A DNA stretch of 64,000 nucleotides from Mobula hypostoma. Its lineage: Eukaryota. Location: NCBI RefSeq assembly GCF_963921235.1, contig NC_086123.1:20522001-20586000 (forward strand). Direction: 5' to 3'. The translations under genes were made by a program, and so were the position numbers. Position 1 is the stretch's first letter; each line of letters starts with the position of its first letter. Positions 34,101 through 47,575 of the stretch are shown piece after piece. The notes below the pieces were generated by a model, which saw only the letters and a program-made list of their open reading frames with translations, was not told the DNA's origin and made no database searches.

Positions 34101-36276
34101 TCTGGTGAATCGGTTGCTGAGAACATATTTGAATGATGCAAATGTTACAAGTATTAGAGCACATGCGAGGTCTTAGAAGCTGAAACTGGTATTTTTTCCT
34201 TCCGTTTCTTCTACTTTGAGTATCTAGCCAACATGCCACCCTTAAAAATTTCACTCTAGATTTATTGCTGTTATTTATTTTCCTATATAGAATCATAAAG
34301 TTGTTACAGTCCACTAGGGGACTGTTCAGCCCAGTGAGTTTATGCTAGCTCTTTGTATGCCCTCTGTTGCTTAACTGAATAATTCAATTACAGGCTTTGG
34401 GTGTCAATGGCCAGGACAGCATAGTTGCTCATCCCTTATCCCTTTTTGTGAAGGTTGTAGTTAACTGCGTTGCTGTAGTTTTCGGACATATTTCCAAGTC
34501 ACATGATGTATGACTGGGAGGGGGAGCTGAAGGAAGCATTGTTCCCACATGCCCGCTGTACTTGCTGGCAGAGGTTGTGCAGCTGGGAGATGCTGGCAAG
34601 TAATCCAGGTGAGTAGTAGCAATGCATTTAAAGTTGGTGTACAGTGCAGCCACAGATGCCAGTGATGGTGGAAGTATCAACATGGAGTGGATAATGTGCC
34701 AGTCAAGTAGATTACTTTGGGCTTGACAACATTGAGCTCCTATGAGTAATATTAAAGTTGCACCCAAGCAGGCAAGTGAACAGTTTTCTACCACATTCCT
34801 GACTTGTACCTTGTCTTTTGTAGCTTAGATGCGGCAGGAATTGTTGATGCAGATCACCCAGCCACTAACATGCTCCTTATTCATGTGACTGGCCAGTTGA
34901 CGTTTTGGTTATTCATGATCCCAGATTGTTAACAGTGGGTGATTTGGCATTGGTTCAACTCTTCTAGGAAATAGTCAAAGCTTGGTTGCCTTGTAATAAA
35001 AATGCTACTTGCCATTTATAAGCCCGTACCTGAAAGCTGTCAATATCTAGCTGCATGAAGGTCTGGTTTACTTCATTTTCTGAGAAGTTCTGAACAATAT
35101 TTAATATGTACTGTATCTCCAATTTAACTGCACCCCTGAAGTTGGTGGTCTGCTTTTAATCATGTTCATAGCTATTTTTCCACCATTGCATCTCCCATTT
35201 CTCCTATACTTTTACAGTTTCTATCTTAAATTAGGCCTTTCCACCTACTTCCTTGTACTGATATCCACTCTGAAGCCCAGTTCCATACCAAACTGATTTG
35301 ATTCTGCATTTGTTCCCTAACAGAAGTTTATTATAGCTGCACTTTAAAATTCTAACAGCTTCTGATCTTGCATTTTCCCTATGACCTGGTTTCCGTGTTC
35401 TTCATACTGTCAGTCCAACTTTAAATCTTTGGGGTTTTCTTCTGTTTCATGATGTCTGTGAAGAGTAAGAATTTCTGGTTGTATACCTGTGTACATTCTC
35501 TGATATTAAATGGAACCACTGAAACATTGAAATCTTACTCTATTTTGAACTTTTGACTACTTCCCACTCAATGCCATTCGAAACCCACACTTGCAAAAGG
35601 GCTAAGAGTAGAAAGATTAGAGGGTTTGGTAAAGAGTAGAAAGGCAGGGAAAACTGGAACAATCAGCTTCTTGGGTCTGTTCTTGAACACCTTGGAGAGA
35701 AACTAGAAACTGGAAATGTGGGGAGGAACACTGATATACTTGGAAGCAGAAGGAATAGGATCTTTTGAAGGTGATATTTATAAAACTTTAACAAACCTAA
35801 CAAGTCATGGTTACATGGTTCAACAGAAGATGGTGGATTACTGGAGAGTTGGTGTTTGACCACAGTCATATAAAGTTGTTTTATTACCTTGCAACAGTGG
35901 TCCAATATTCAATGGAGAACTGCAAGCTAATGAAATCTTAGTTCTATAAAAAGGGAGAAATTGAGATGAACATCATCACTGCCCTGAAAAGGCAAACAAT
36001 AAAAGAAAATAGAGGAGATTATCAAATGTATATAGCTAGAAAAAAGAGAACTCAAAATCAAGCTTAATTTGGAATTTGAGAGGAGAAACAATTATTAAAT
36101 CAGTTTAATAAAAGATGTCACTTGAACCAATTATTTTCCACTGTAAAACATAAACAGTTGTAAACCACAGTCATCCTTTTTTCTTGTAGAAAGAATGGCG
36201 AGATGATCCTTATGGTGAATTCAAGAAAAAAGTTGCTCGGTGTGTAAGAAAAAGTCAAGAAATGGCATTTGAGTAA
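22157..36276 (+). CDS. UBE2G1: Ubiquitin-conjugating enzyme E2 G1-like (Ubc7/Cdc34-type E2 with acidic loop), complete, 169 aa, 5 coding exons; probably a paralog rather than the ortholog of mammalian UBE2G1
   Basis: Exons 22157-22199, 27062-27164, 31034-31131, 33038-33216 and 36190-36276 (43+103+98+179+87 = 510 nt). Protein: [172 protein letters not shown] motif, catalytic Cys and acidic loop are intact. Confidence 0.96.
24870..26660 (+). mobile_element. Decayed Rex1/Babar-type LINE (endonuclease and RT remnants)
   Basis: ORF 25547..25882 (TCLNDYCPV...VKCFERL...FQFAY...[11 protein letters not shown]), followed by KFTDD and FLGVHIT motifs. Confidence 0.78.
27062..27164 (+). CDS. UBE2G1: UBE2G1-like exon 2
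   Basis: [35 protein letters not shown]; pyrimidine tract plus AG, donor gtaagt. Confidence 0.96.
27534..28311. mobile_element. Tigger/pogo-like non-autonomous DNA transposon, second copy
   Basis: TA|CAGTGGATTCTGGTTAATT start; collinear with 15259-16116. Confidence 0.75.
29680..29930. repeat. Imperfect minisatellite (about 33-45 bp units, core ACACTGGAACCTTCCTCTGGGAGCAG)
   Basis: Five degenerate units, bracketed by GGGGGAGAGAGACCG-like sequence on both sides. Confidence 0.8.
30232..30420 (+). mobile_element. Short Penelope-like pLTR insertion with intact hammerhead motif and 14-bp TSD
   Basis: Matches 10938-11063 and the reverse of 12154-12305. TSD ATAACTTTTACAGG at 30218-30231 and 30421-30434. 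Confidence 0.88.
30276..30311 (+). ncRNA. Minimal type I hammerhead ribozyme motif (Penelope-associated)
   Basis: AGTC-CTGACGA-AGGGTCTCGGCCT-GAAA-CGTC-GACT: stem I AGTC/GACT, core CUGANGA and GAAA, short stem II, GUC cleavage triplet ending at 30307. Confidence 0.8.
31034..31131 (+). CDS. UBE2G1: UBE2G1-like exon 3
   Basis: [32 protein letters not shown]; AG/GT boundaries. Confidence 0.96.
33038..33216 (+). CDS. UBE2G1: UBE2G1-like exon 4 (catalytic Cys, acidic loop)
   Basis: [60 protein letters not shown]; donor gtaagt. Confidence 0.96.
36190..36276 (+). CDS. UBE2G1: UBE2G1-like exon 5 (stop codon)
   Basis: [31 protein letters not shown]; a donor (G|gtaagc) follows at 36296/36297. Confidence 0.96.
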   Translation, partial: KEWRDDPYGEFKKKVARCVRKSQEMAFE

Positions 36277-37204
36277 ATTCTTCTTCCAACTTTGTGGTAA
36301 GCATGAAAACTACTCTATTTTTTTGAATAAGCTATTTAAATTCATTTTGTGACAAACATACTGAATTGTATTTGAACTTTCAAGTTCAACTTTAGTTTAC
36401 ATTTAGTACCAGAACGTAAGGGAGGAGCAGAAGGAAGCCAGACAGTCCCTAGAACCATGTGTGTTCTGGCATTCATCAGTTGTGGTTTCTGCATGATCTG
36501 TGTATCCTTGACTCTACCACTAAGCTTCTCTGTATTCATCAGCCTGCATCCACTAGCTGAATAGTATGGAGGATTTAAAAGAATAAATGTTCTCAACAGA
36601 AAATAAATTCCTCTTTATTTTAAAGGGATTATTCCTTTTTAAAACAAATTTCAGCTTCTAGTACTTGATTATCCCAAGAGAGGAAGTGTCCCCTTTCAAA
36701 GTTTCACTTGCTTCCATCAGATAATTTCTTACGCTTTCAGAATATACCTGACCTGCTTAGCCATACTTCAAATTTGAACAAAGAATCAACCAAGTGAACC
36801 CTTCAAGAATCTCCTTTTCGTAGCTGTACACAGTTCTCCAGATGTGCTCTCAGTAGTGCCTTGTACAGTTGCAAAAGGCTTCCTTACCTTTATACTCAAT
36901 CTACCTTAGAAAACAATTGGAAAGTTAACCTTTATTTCAATTACTTGCAGTAACTCCATGTTAACTTTGTGCTTCATGTACGAGCACACAAGAGATGAGT
37001 TTTTCTTTGCCTGCCAAAATTTGGGAATTTCACTTTCCCAATTACGCTCCATTCTTAACCACTTACATGACCTATATTATTATATACTTTGTCTGCCTCG
37101 CAACGTTTCCCATTTCTGTGGCTATAGTACTTTCTATCTTTTCAGCTAAGTGATTGACATAGGTTGTCAATTCAGTAAAACTCCACTAATGTGGCATGCT
37201 GATG

Positions 37205-38553
37205 AGTGAAGGTTCCTGCTGCATCCGGTGACCCTGCGATCTTTATCTCAGAGGCCGATATTAGGCTGTCTTTAAAGAGGGTGAACCCTTGCAAGGTGGA
37301 AGGCCCCGACGAAATACCTGGCAAGTACCTGGACCCACTGCAATTTGCCTGTCGCCACAATAGTCAATGGCAGTCTCAGTGGTTCTTCACACAGCCTTAG
37401 GACCACCTGGACAATACAAGCACCTATGTCAGGATGCTGTTCATCTATTATAGCTCAGCATTTAACACCATCATTCCCACAATCCTGATTGAGAAGTTAC
37501 GGAACCTCTGCAATTGGATCCTTGACTTCCTAACTGGAAGACCACAATCTGTGCCGATTGGTGATAATATCTCCTCCTCACTGGCGATCAACGTTGGTGC
37601 ACCTCAGGGGTGTGTGCTTAGCCCATTGCTCTGCTCTACTCTATACCCATGATTGTGTGGCTAGGCATAGCTCACATAGCATCTATAACTTTGCTGACGA
37701 TACAACCATTGTAGGTAGAATCTCAGGTAGAGATGAGAGAACTTACAGGAGCAAGATATACCAATTAGTGGAGTGGTGTCGCAGCAACAACCTTTGTACT
37801 CAACATCAGTAAGATGAAAGGGCTGATTGTAGACTTCAGGAAGGGTAAGACAAAGGAACACATACCAATCCTCACTGAGGGTCAGAAGTGTAGAAAGTGA
37901 GCAGTTTCAAGTTCCTGGTGTCAAGATCTCTGAGGACCCAACATATTGATGCAGCTATAAAGAAGGCAAGACAGCAACTATACTTCATTAGGAATTTGAA
38001 GAGATTTGGCATGTCAACAAAAACACTCAAAAACTTCTATAGATGTACCGTGGAGAATATTCTGACAGGCTGCATCACTGTCTGGTATGGAGGGGCTACT
38101 GCAAAGGACCGATAGAAGCTGCAGAGGGTTGTAAATTTAGTCAGCTGCATCTTGGGTACTAGCCTGCAAAGTACCCAGGACATCTTCAAGGAGCAGTGTC
38201 TCAGAAAGGCAGCGTCCGTCATTAAGGACATCCAGCACCCAAGGCATGCCCTTTTCTCATTGATACTATCAGGTAGGAGGTATAGAAGGCTGAAGGCACA
38301 CACTCAGCGATTCACTCCCCTTTACCATCTGATTTCTGAATAGATACTGAACCCACGGACACTACCTCACTTTTTTAATGTACATTATTCTGTTTTTGCA
38401 CAATTTTTAATCATTTAATGTACATGTACTGTAATTGATTTATTTTTACTTTTTTTCTTCTGTATTATGTATTGAATTGAACTGCTGCTGCTGCTGCTAA
38501 GTTAACAAACTTTACGACACATGCCAGAGATAATAAACCTGATTCTGATTCTG
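37205..38553 (+). mobile_element. Rex1/Babar-type LINE, 5'-truncated and decayed
   Basis: [61 protein letters not shown]. 3' end AATAAACCT(GATTCT)n. Confidence 0.85.
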
Positions 38554-41500
38554 CTCGGGTATGGTAATTCTGTGGGGGTTCTCTGTCCCAGAGAAGCTTA
38601 ATCATGTTAATTTTGTCTTGTTACACTTGACTATATCTAAAGGTGGTGGTGAATCTTCATCTCGAACTACTGCAGACCTCCGAGTGCAGATAATGCCATA
38701 TCTTGGTGTATGGGTAGTTTCAGAATTCAGATCCCAGTGACACTAGAGGATCAGCAATGCGTTTCCTTTTTGGGATGTATTGTAAGTTAGAAACCTGCAG
38801 GTGGTGGTGTTTCCATGAATCTTTTTGTCCTTGTTCTCCTTGACGGGAGAGTGTTTAGAAATGTCGGAAAGGGCTTAGTCACTAATTATCATGTTGAAGG
38901 GAATAAATGCTAAATTGATAGGAAGCCAAGCCAATAACATGGTCTAGATGGGTTCAGATTTCCTGAGCATTGCCCTCATTCAGGCAAGTGGTGAATATCC
39001 TGTCGTGCTCCTAATGGAAAAGCCAGTTGATGTTAGTGGATGAGTCACTTGCCACAGCATGCTGTTTCTCTGACATTTAGCCATGATATGATGTGACCAG
39101 TGCATCTAAGTTTCTGCTCAGAGGTGACTCTCAGAATGTTGATGTGGGGGGGGGGTGGGGGGGTGGAGAACACTTCACAATGTTTATGCCATTGAATGTC
39201 ATGGTCAGACGGTTAGATGTCCCCCTTGTGAGAGATGCTGGGATTTTTGTGTTATAAGAATGTGTCCCATCATATTATGGGCTTGTATCCCAAAAAAATG
39301 ATAATATTGTCTTTTTTTTTTATAAAAGATTGTACTGGAACTATTTTAGTTTGTAATAAATATTAAATTAAGTAAATTGCTAATGCTTTATCAGGTTGTT
39401 ATCCAGTATAGTTTTAATAATGACTGTGTAAATCATCTGTCTCTTGTGCATCAAGATGTCATAATTGATGTCTACAGTCATAGAAGTTCATCTGAATAAG
39501 TTGCCTGATTTTAAAGCTTTAGGCTTTACAAGTTGATTATATTTGGAACCAAAATATCATCATTAAAGAGGCAGTAAGTATAACAAACATGAGAAAATCT
39601 GCAGATGTTGGAAATCCAAAGCAACGCACAAAATGTTGGAGGGTCTCAGCAGACCAGGCAACATCAATAGAGAAGAGTAAACAGTCAACATCTCAGGCCG
39701 AGACTCTTCATCAGGACTTGCCTCTTTTTTTCCAGTCCTGATGAAGGGTGTAGTTCTTGCAATTTCACCTCAGTTTTGTAGATGCAATTAAATCCCATTA
39801 TGTTTCCTGGATTATCTGGTGTTATCTGACTAACTTTTTATTATGATAAACATTTACAAAATATAATTAATACAGAATCATCTTCAGTTGTATCCAGTTC
39901 TTTAATGGTAAGTCTCTTTGTTGAAGTGGTGAGGTGATAATTTGGCCTTTGAGTCCAAGTTAGTTCTTGGTAAAATCTACCCGGCTAATCCCCTCTAAAA
40001 CTCTAATCTCATACAAATCATACAACCTTTCCACTGTGTTCTCATCAATCCTCAGTCCCCTAGGTCCATGGCTCTGCAGTTTATGTCCTGCTTTCCCTTA
40101 TTCACGTAAATCTATTTTGGAACCCATCATTGCATTTGCTTGGACCATTCTTTCAGAGGTAGAATTTGAGATTGTGACTACTTACTGAAAAGCTCTTCTT
40201 CATGTCACCACTAATTATTTTGCCAATCATTTAAAACTTAACCTCTCTGGTTCCTCTGCCAATGGAAACAATTTTTCTTAATTCACAATGTCTGGCCCAA
40301 ATTATTTTGAAAAGTCCATCAAATCAATGTTGTATCTTCTGTGTTAAGGAGGGAAAATCCCAACTTGTCCAGTTTATCCACATTATTAAAGTCTTTAAAG
40401 CCAAGGGCATAAATGGCAAAATGTCTCCGCCGAGGTCCTTCCCATCCTCCCTATAGCGCAACAACTGGAAGTGGACACGGTACTCATATTACAACTGAGA
40501 TAACATAGCATTGCTATTCAATGTAACCATTTTGGTTTTAGTCCTTTTCCTCTATAAACTTCAAGATCCCTCTTTAATCAGTTTTATGAGCTCTCTGTCA
40601 GTTTTGAAGGTTTGACCCTGTTTCTCCATTCATGGACACCTTGTAGGATTCTAGTTGCAACATTGCCGCCTTTTCTCTCCCACATATCCCTCAATTCCAC
40701 CAGCCTGTCTACATATTTTAAAGTTAATTGCTATCCTATGTATTTACAGTACTTACAAATATTGAAATAGTATGATACATACCCAGACAAATTTATTGAT
40801 GTATAAAGCAGTGATCCTAGTATCACCTCTTGGGAATGTATTTGTATAATGTGTATTGGTTGGCCTTGAAGTTCACTGGATCAGAATCAGGTTTGTTATC
40901 ATTGACAGATGTCATGAAATTTGTTGTTTTGCAGCAGCAGTGCAGTACATGGCATAAAATTACTGTACATTATTAAAATAAATAGTGCGAAAGGTAAAAT
41001 TACTGTACATTATTAAAACAAATAGTGCAAAAGAGGAATAATGAGGTAGGGTTCATGGGCCATCCAAAACTCTGGAAGACAAGAAGCTATAGACCCAAAG
41101 GGGATAACATCACTCGCCACATCACTCAATTATTCCCACCGAACTGGAGTCACTTTGAAGGATTCTTCATCTCATGCTCTGTATTTATTGCTTGCTTGTT
41201 TATCTATCTATCTATATTTATCAACTTTCTCTATTTATATTTGCACATTGGTTGTTGTCTGACCTGTTGTGTGTGTCCTTACTTTGATTCTGTTGTGTTT
41301 CTTGTATTTGCTGTGATTGCCTGCAGGAAAATGAATCTCAGGGTTGTATATGGTGATATATATGTACATTGATAGTAAATTTGCTTTGAACTTCTAAGTA
41401 ATGCAAAGAGGGCATGTCGTGGATAGGAAGGATCCTTAATGATAGATGCTGCTTTCTTGAAGCATCGCCTCTGGAAGATGCCCTAAGTGGTGGGGAGGGT

Positions 41501-41846
41501 TGTGCCCTTACATCATCTAGTTAGCAATGTATGTTCAATCTGTGTGGCAGAATATGCAGCAGACTTAATTGCTAAGCTATTGAGAGGGAATTTCTCTTGT
41601 GGTTTATTTTTAAGTTTCCTCTATTAATTTCCGTTTATCTGAGAGAAGATATCTTTTAAGAAGTCTGCATTCCTCTGAATTCAACACCAGCGATTTGCAC
41701 ATTTGAATAGTTTATATAGTTTTCAATATGTACTAAATTTGTGAAACAAGACCTCGTAAGGAGTTGTTCGAACCCAATAAGTGATTAGGCGATTTTTAAA
41801 AATCTATATAGTGTGATTTTATTATTAATTTGAATTCTCTTTTTAG

Positions 41847-42545
41847 GAGTCATGAGAGAGAACGTACCTCTCTTCTCACAATCGCTGCCCATTACACAAT
41901 GGATGGTAGCCTGCAGCTCAGAATTGTACGCGAATACGCTCGGATACAAAAAAAAGCCCTCTCCCCAGAGAAATGCCCACTCAGAAGAACTGTGACCCTG
42001 CAACTGACATCAACAAAAAAAGTTCAATATACCTTAAGTTTCATCTGTTATTTTCTACTCTTGCCATGAATTATTTTTATATGTTTAAGTATATTTTGGA
42101 CTGCTGGGGAATCTGTTGTGTTAAGTGAGGCTTGTCTTTGTACTTCTTAAGATTGCTGCTGTGTTTGCCTAAAAGTAATTCACTGAATCATTATATCGCA
42201 TTATGCAAAAAAAAATCATCTGGATACAGTAATGGTTCAGGGCTCAGGGCAATTAGTGATGATGCAAATTACCTTCCAAGTTCTCCTTTAAGCCATTTTA
42301 TTGCTGTAGCAGTTTCAGGAAGTGCAGAGGTAGTTGACATTACTGCATTTGCCATATATTTGAAAATTATATGCAAGACCTATTTTTGCTTTATGTATAT
42401 ATTTAGAATATAATAAGGAGACAGATGGGATGTTAATAGCTATGTTTCTTGCTAAAAATATGATGGTAAAACTATTCATCTTTAACTCTTACATTATTTC
42501 CATATTTGTTCTGAGCCTAATAAACCAAATTAATTGTAGAAATGG
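41847..42545 (+). other. UBE2G1: Probable non-coding terminal exon (3' UTR) of the UBE2G1-like gene
   Basis: Acceptor ttctctttttag at 41835-41846, then non-repeat AT-rich sequence and AATAAA at 42519-42524. Pairs with the donor 20 nt after the stop codon. The 3' end is approximate. Confidence 0.6.
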
Positions 42546-45500
42546 TTTGTGTCACTAATAGTTCTGTCTGTCAAAATCATAAAAGCATGAATATAACAAG
42601 GCAGACAAAACGAGTGGCAAATGCAGTTATAAAAACTCCAAGATTAATTTGGAATTTCAGTATTTTAAAATACAAATCGATTTTGATTCAAATGGAAAAC
42701 TAATCCAAAATGAATTGAATTTTGAAATTAAAATTAATTATATATTTTTAAACAGATTGGATTTATTTTAAAACTGAGGAATATTAGATAGAGCTACAGA
42801 GTTTTTTTTTCCTCACTTGCAGTGTGCCAGCTTAGTAAAATGCTCTTTCAAATTTGATGGTTTTTGGATTTTAAATTTGAACTCCTATAGTCTACCTTTT
42901 CAGAGCACCAACTGAGACAGCAGTGTCCTGAATGGATCTTTAAATGTAAGGCTGATCTGAAAAACCAATTACATATTTATAGTGCAACAGGACATTTGAC
43001 TCAAGTGGTGAATAGCAGTGTTTTCCATTGCTAGCTCAACTGGACTTCTGAGATTGCATATTATTTGGAGAGGCAGTCTAGCTATTATTCCTCTCTAATC
43101 AAACACTGCAGTTACGTTGAACAACGTTTATTAGTATTTGAAACTGTGCTTATGCAAAGTAGGCTCCCTTGTCAGTTATACCATTTGTCAATTTTTATTT
43201 GTGCATTCATTAATGAATGTTCAACTTCTCTGTGTACACTTACTTTAATCTTAATATTTCTGATGAGGGAACTGCCTTTATCCTAGAAACTTTTCTACTC
43301 GTAGAAAAGGTTCAAGCTATTCTGGAAAATGTTATCTGTTTCCAAATTATTGATATTTTTCAACAGTAAAACAGAATTCACTCTTGATCCTAATGTTTCT
43401 CCTCATAATTATTCTCCCACCACTCCTGTGTTCTCTTGTGTGTTCTGACACTTTGACATCAATTCTTAAAGCAGTCTTCAACACCCGAAAAACTCCATGG
43501 CAAGACCAACTTAATCAAATGTATTATACCACATTTCTCTGCTCTCCACTGCTACCATAAAACACTATTGGTCTTGTCTCAATCTGTCTAGAGTCATTTT
43601 GATTATTGAACTGAAACCTTGTGGCACTACTCATCCAGTGAATGTGAATTTTTGACTTTCCAAAATGTTAGTTTCATCTCGCAACAGTGAATTGCGTCTA
43701 GCACAATAACTCTTTTTTTTGAGTCCTAAAATTAAAGTGTATAGATGCTGGAAATACAAGTTTGTGCAATATTTTGACATTGTTTCTAGTTGACTGACTT
43801 TTCAAAATGTATCTAGCAATGAAACCTGAATCCAACTGATATTATTACTGGAACTCAGTTTCCTGACCATGGTCTGCTACGTGCTGCTGCATTTCCAATT
43901 GTACTTCTCTATTTTTCTAAAAGCAGGCCTTTTGAAAACTCTCATGCTGCACCCACTTCATTTTTACCTAATTGCCTTACATAAAAAAACGTCAAGTTGG
44001 ACATGACTATTTAGTGAATCTGTTGTCTGTCCTTGTTTGATTCAGCCACTTCCAAATGCTTTTTAAAATTTGACCCTGAACTAAGGATTCTAAGAGGTAT
44101 CAGGCTGTCCTTGGTTAACTGATTTATTTTCTGTCCTTGAACTTTGAATTGAGCCCAGAGCTTTCTTTTGTACTACTACCTTGCGTACAGCAGGGAGTAT
44201 TCTATTTCCTCTATGCATTCTTTCCTACCATTTGTGGACTCTGCTATTTATCTCCTCTATATAATTTTTAACCTGAGTTTTTTTCATGTTATCTATTTAA
44301 GAAATCTTATTTTTAGATTTGAAAGCAGTGACCAAATGAGTGGGACATGGTTAACCAAGGTAGTTGTGATGTATTAAAGAATACTTCTATTAGGTAAAAT
44401 CTTCTAGCGATAAGTTTTATCGCAGGACATTGAAAAGATGGTTAAGATTACTTCAAATTACAATGTATAAACTATCGTGAATTTACTCAGTACCAATAGC
44501 AGCAGGTAGTCTACAAATCAGAACTAGTCATTACTTCCAACAATGCCTTATTATTGTAGTCTTATTAATCTTATAGCAGCCAGGATTTTTTTTAGAATAA
44601 TCCTATGGGAGAGTGTTTGCCCATGGATTAAAAATGCCAAGATTAAGCTAAGCATACATTTGGAAGAACATTTGGTACATTGAGAGACAATAGATAGGAT
44701 CACCACCAATTTCAGTTAATCATGCATTTCTCCTCCTCCTGTTGATCAGTGCCTTTAGTTTAACAGACCAACTGTTGAGATCTCCCTCCCCAAAACCAGT
44801 CACAGCCCTCAAGATCTTTAAACCTCACCTTTTTGGCCGAACATTTTGGTTATTTCTCCTTTCACATGCTCTTTATCTTCAGTACATAAATTAAGTACCT
44901 TGAGATATTTTCCATATTAAAAATTCATCATAATGCAAGTTCATTATTTTTATTCTATTCCAGCGGGATTAAAGTGTAAGGATTATGCTTATATTTGCTC
45001 AAATAAAATGGGTACATTTAATTAAGTCTTAAAAGTTAAATTTACAAAGCCAGCTCCGGTTTATATTTTTTTAAAAAATGCATCTACATGCAGCAAATGT
45101 ATTTACAATTATCAAGTGTAAGGGACTAAAGTGACTGTTACTCTGGACACTCGTGCATGTAACCTTATGAAATTTACCTGGATAATGAGGAATAAAGCTT
45201 TTGTTGCAAGGACTGCTGTATGTAAGCATTTACTTATCGGTATTAGCGAGAGCTCTCCAATTATTATTGGCTAGCCAGTTGCATTTTAATCACATGGGTT
45301 CCTACGAATTTGTTTAATACATACAGCCAGTTTATCCTCATGGTTCAGCTGAACATGACTGGCTTCAACTCCACTTTGCCTGAATTCCATAACCCTCTAT
45401 TTCCCTTATAATTCAAACCACCTTAACTCTCAGGAAAATATTAAATGGATTTCATCCTAAGACCATGCTCTTCTTGATTGCCCCTACCAAGAAACCAACT

Positions 45501-46480
45501 TCATTTACCCTGTCAAGCCAACTGAAAATTGGCAGAAAATATAGGCCAAATATTCTTCATAGGTCAATCACATCATTCTGGAAGTCCACCCAGTGAATCT
45601 CTGCTGTGATGCCTTCGTGGCAAGTATATCCTTTCTTAAATGAGACAAAACAAATTTCAAGTCTTACACTTTTAGCAACTTCGCTACTTACTCCAACCTG
45701 TTTGCAATAAGAGCAACTTTCTAAGAGTGTACCTATATGTCAATAGTTTTTCTGTATAAAGGTTTGTAGGTACTCTGATCACCAAGTCTTACACTTCCAT
45801 ATTCTGCTTTTCGATTCTTCCTACCAAGGTCGGGTTTGGAGTTGTGTCTTGTTTTGTGGCAGCAATACAGTGAAGGCATAACAAATTACTAAAAGTTACA
45901 ATTTCAATAAATAGTGCAAAAGGAATAATTAGGTAGTGTTCATGGACCGTTCAAAAATCTGATGGCGAAGGAGTAGAAGCTATTCCTGAAACAATGAGTG
46001 TGCATCTTCGGGCTCCTGTACCTCCTCCCTGATGGTGGTAACGAGATGAGGGCATGTCCCAAACAAAATCACTAACTTCCTCAGGTTATATCACTCCTTG
46101 GTCCATTGTGCAGAACTCATTTGCCGTCTGTCTCCTGATTTTAACTTCTTTGTATCATCAGCAAACCAGGCTACAAAATACTTAGTCCATTCATTCAAGT
46201 CATGTAGTTGTAAGTAGCTATGGCCAGAATATTAATTCCTGTGGCAACCCAATAGCCACAGCTTGTCATTTTGAAATTGACCCATGTTTCAGTACGCTGT
46301 ATTGTCACCTACCCAATCCTCTTATTAATGTTAATACCTAACCTTATATTACCATGAACCTTTGTGCAGTAATGTTTTATGTAACAACTTACTAAGTATA
46401 AATGTACCACATTGACTGGTTTCCTTCTGTTCATGGTGATTATACCTAAATAAATTGGCAGAAAGGATTTCCCTTTCATA

Positions 46481-47575
46481 AGAATAGAATATCTTTATTG
46501 TCATTGTTGTGGAGCAATGAAACACAGTTTAGCAGCTCAATGTTTTGCAGCATGACAAAGAATATGTACATAAAATAAACTCTCAAACATCAGGAGTGCA
46601 GTCCAAAATTAATAATATATGGATGGGGGGAGGGGGGGTAGGACTATTGCACACCTGCCATTCCTGGAAGTGTGATGCATTTAGCTACCACCGTCTTAGG
46701 AGGGAGGCAGGAGAAGGGAAGGGGGTGTTATACATTTCACTGCTTGTGGGTAGAAGCTGTTAAGGAGTCTCTTTGTTTTCATCCTTAATGCTCTGTATCT
46801 CTTCCCAGAAGGTAGAGGGGAAAACAGGTGATGTCCAGGATGAGTGGGATACTTTGAAATACAAGTAGCCTTCTTTTGAAGTCTGCCAGTATAAATGTCT
46901 CTGAGGGAGGGTAATGTTGTGCCAATAACCCGTTCTGCTACCCTCACCACCCGCTTCAAGTCCCTCCTGGTCTGTTCTGTGCAGCTGGCAAACCACACTG
47001 CACAGCATATGTCAGGAGGCTCTCTACAGTTGTCCGATAGAAGTTGATCAGCAGGTGATGAGGGAGGAGAGCGTGCTTTAGCTTCCTTAGGAAGTAGAGC
47101 CGCGGTTGGGCCTTCTGCACCTGATAAGAGATATGGGCAGTCCAGGTGAGGTCAGCCGAGACGTGGACACCGAGGAACTTGAAACTCTCCACTCTCTCCA
47201 CCTCGTTCCCATATATGTGCAGAGCAGAGTGCTCGACGCGCTTTGACTTCCTGAAGTCTACTATCAGCTCCTTGGTTTTTGTGATGTTCAAGTCCAGGTT
47301 ATTATGACAACACCATTCTGTCAAATGCTGTACCTCCCCCCTATAGGCTGTCTCATCACAGTCTGGTATGATACCTATTAGGGTGGTATCGTCAGCAAAT
47401 TTGACAATGGTGTCGGTGGAGTGAATGGTAGAGCAGTCATGGGTGAAAAGAGAATAGAGGATGGGGCTGAGAACACACCCCTGTGGTGTACTGGTGTTCA
47501 GGATGAGAGTAGATGATGTGTACTGACACTTTGGGGTCTGTTACTCAGAAAATCCAGTATCCATGAGCACAGTGA
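46481..47575 (-). mobile_element. Rex1/Babar-type LINE 3' fragment
   Basis: ORF 46956..47324 (WCCHNNLDLNITKTKELIVDFRK...VERVESFKFLGVH) and 46696..46998. [12 protein letters not shown] and KFADDTT lie upstream on the minus strand. Confidence 0.85.

Noticed and set aside
40954-41035. Short tandem duplications (40 bp here; about 60 bp at 32618-32728)
   Set aside because: Ordinary slippage-type duplications inside decayed repeats, with no sign of function.
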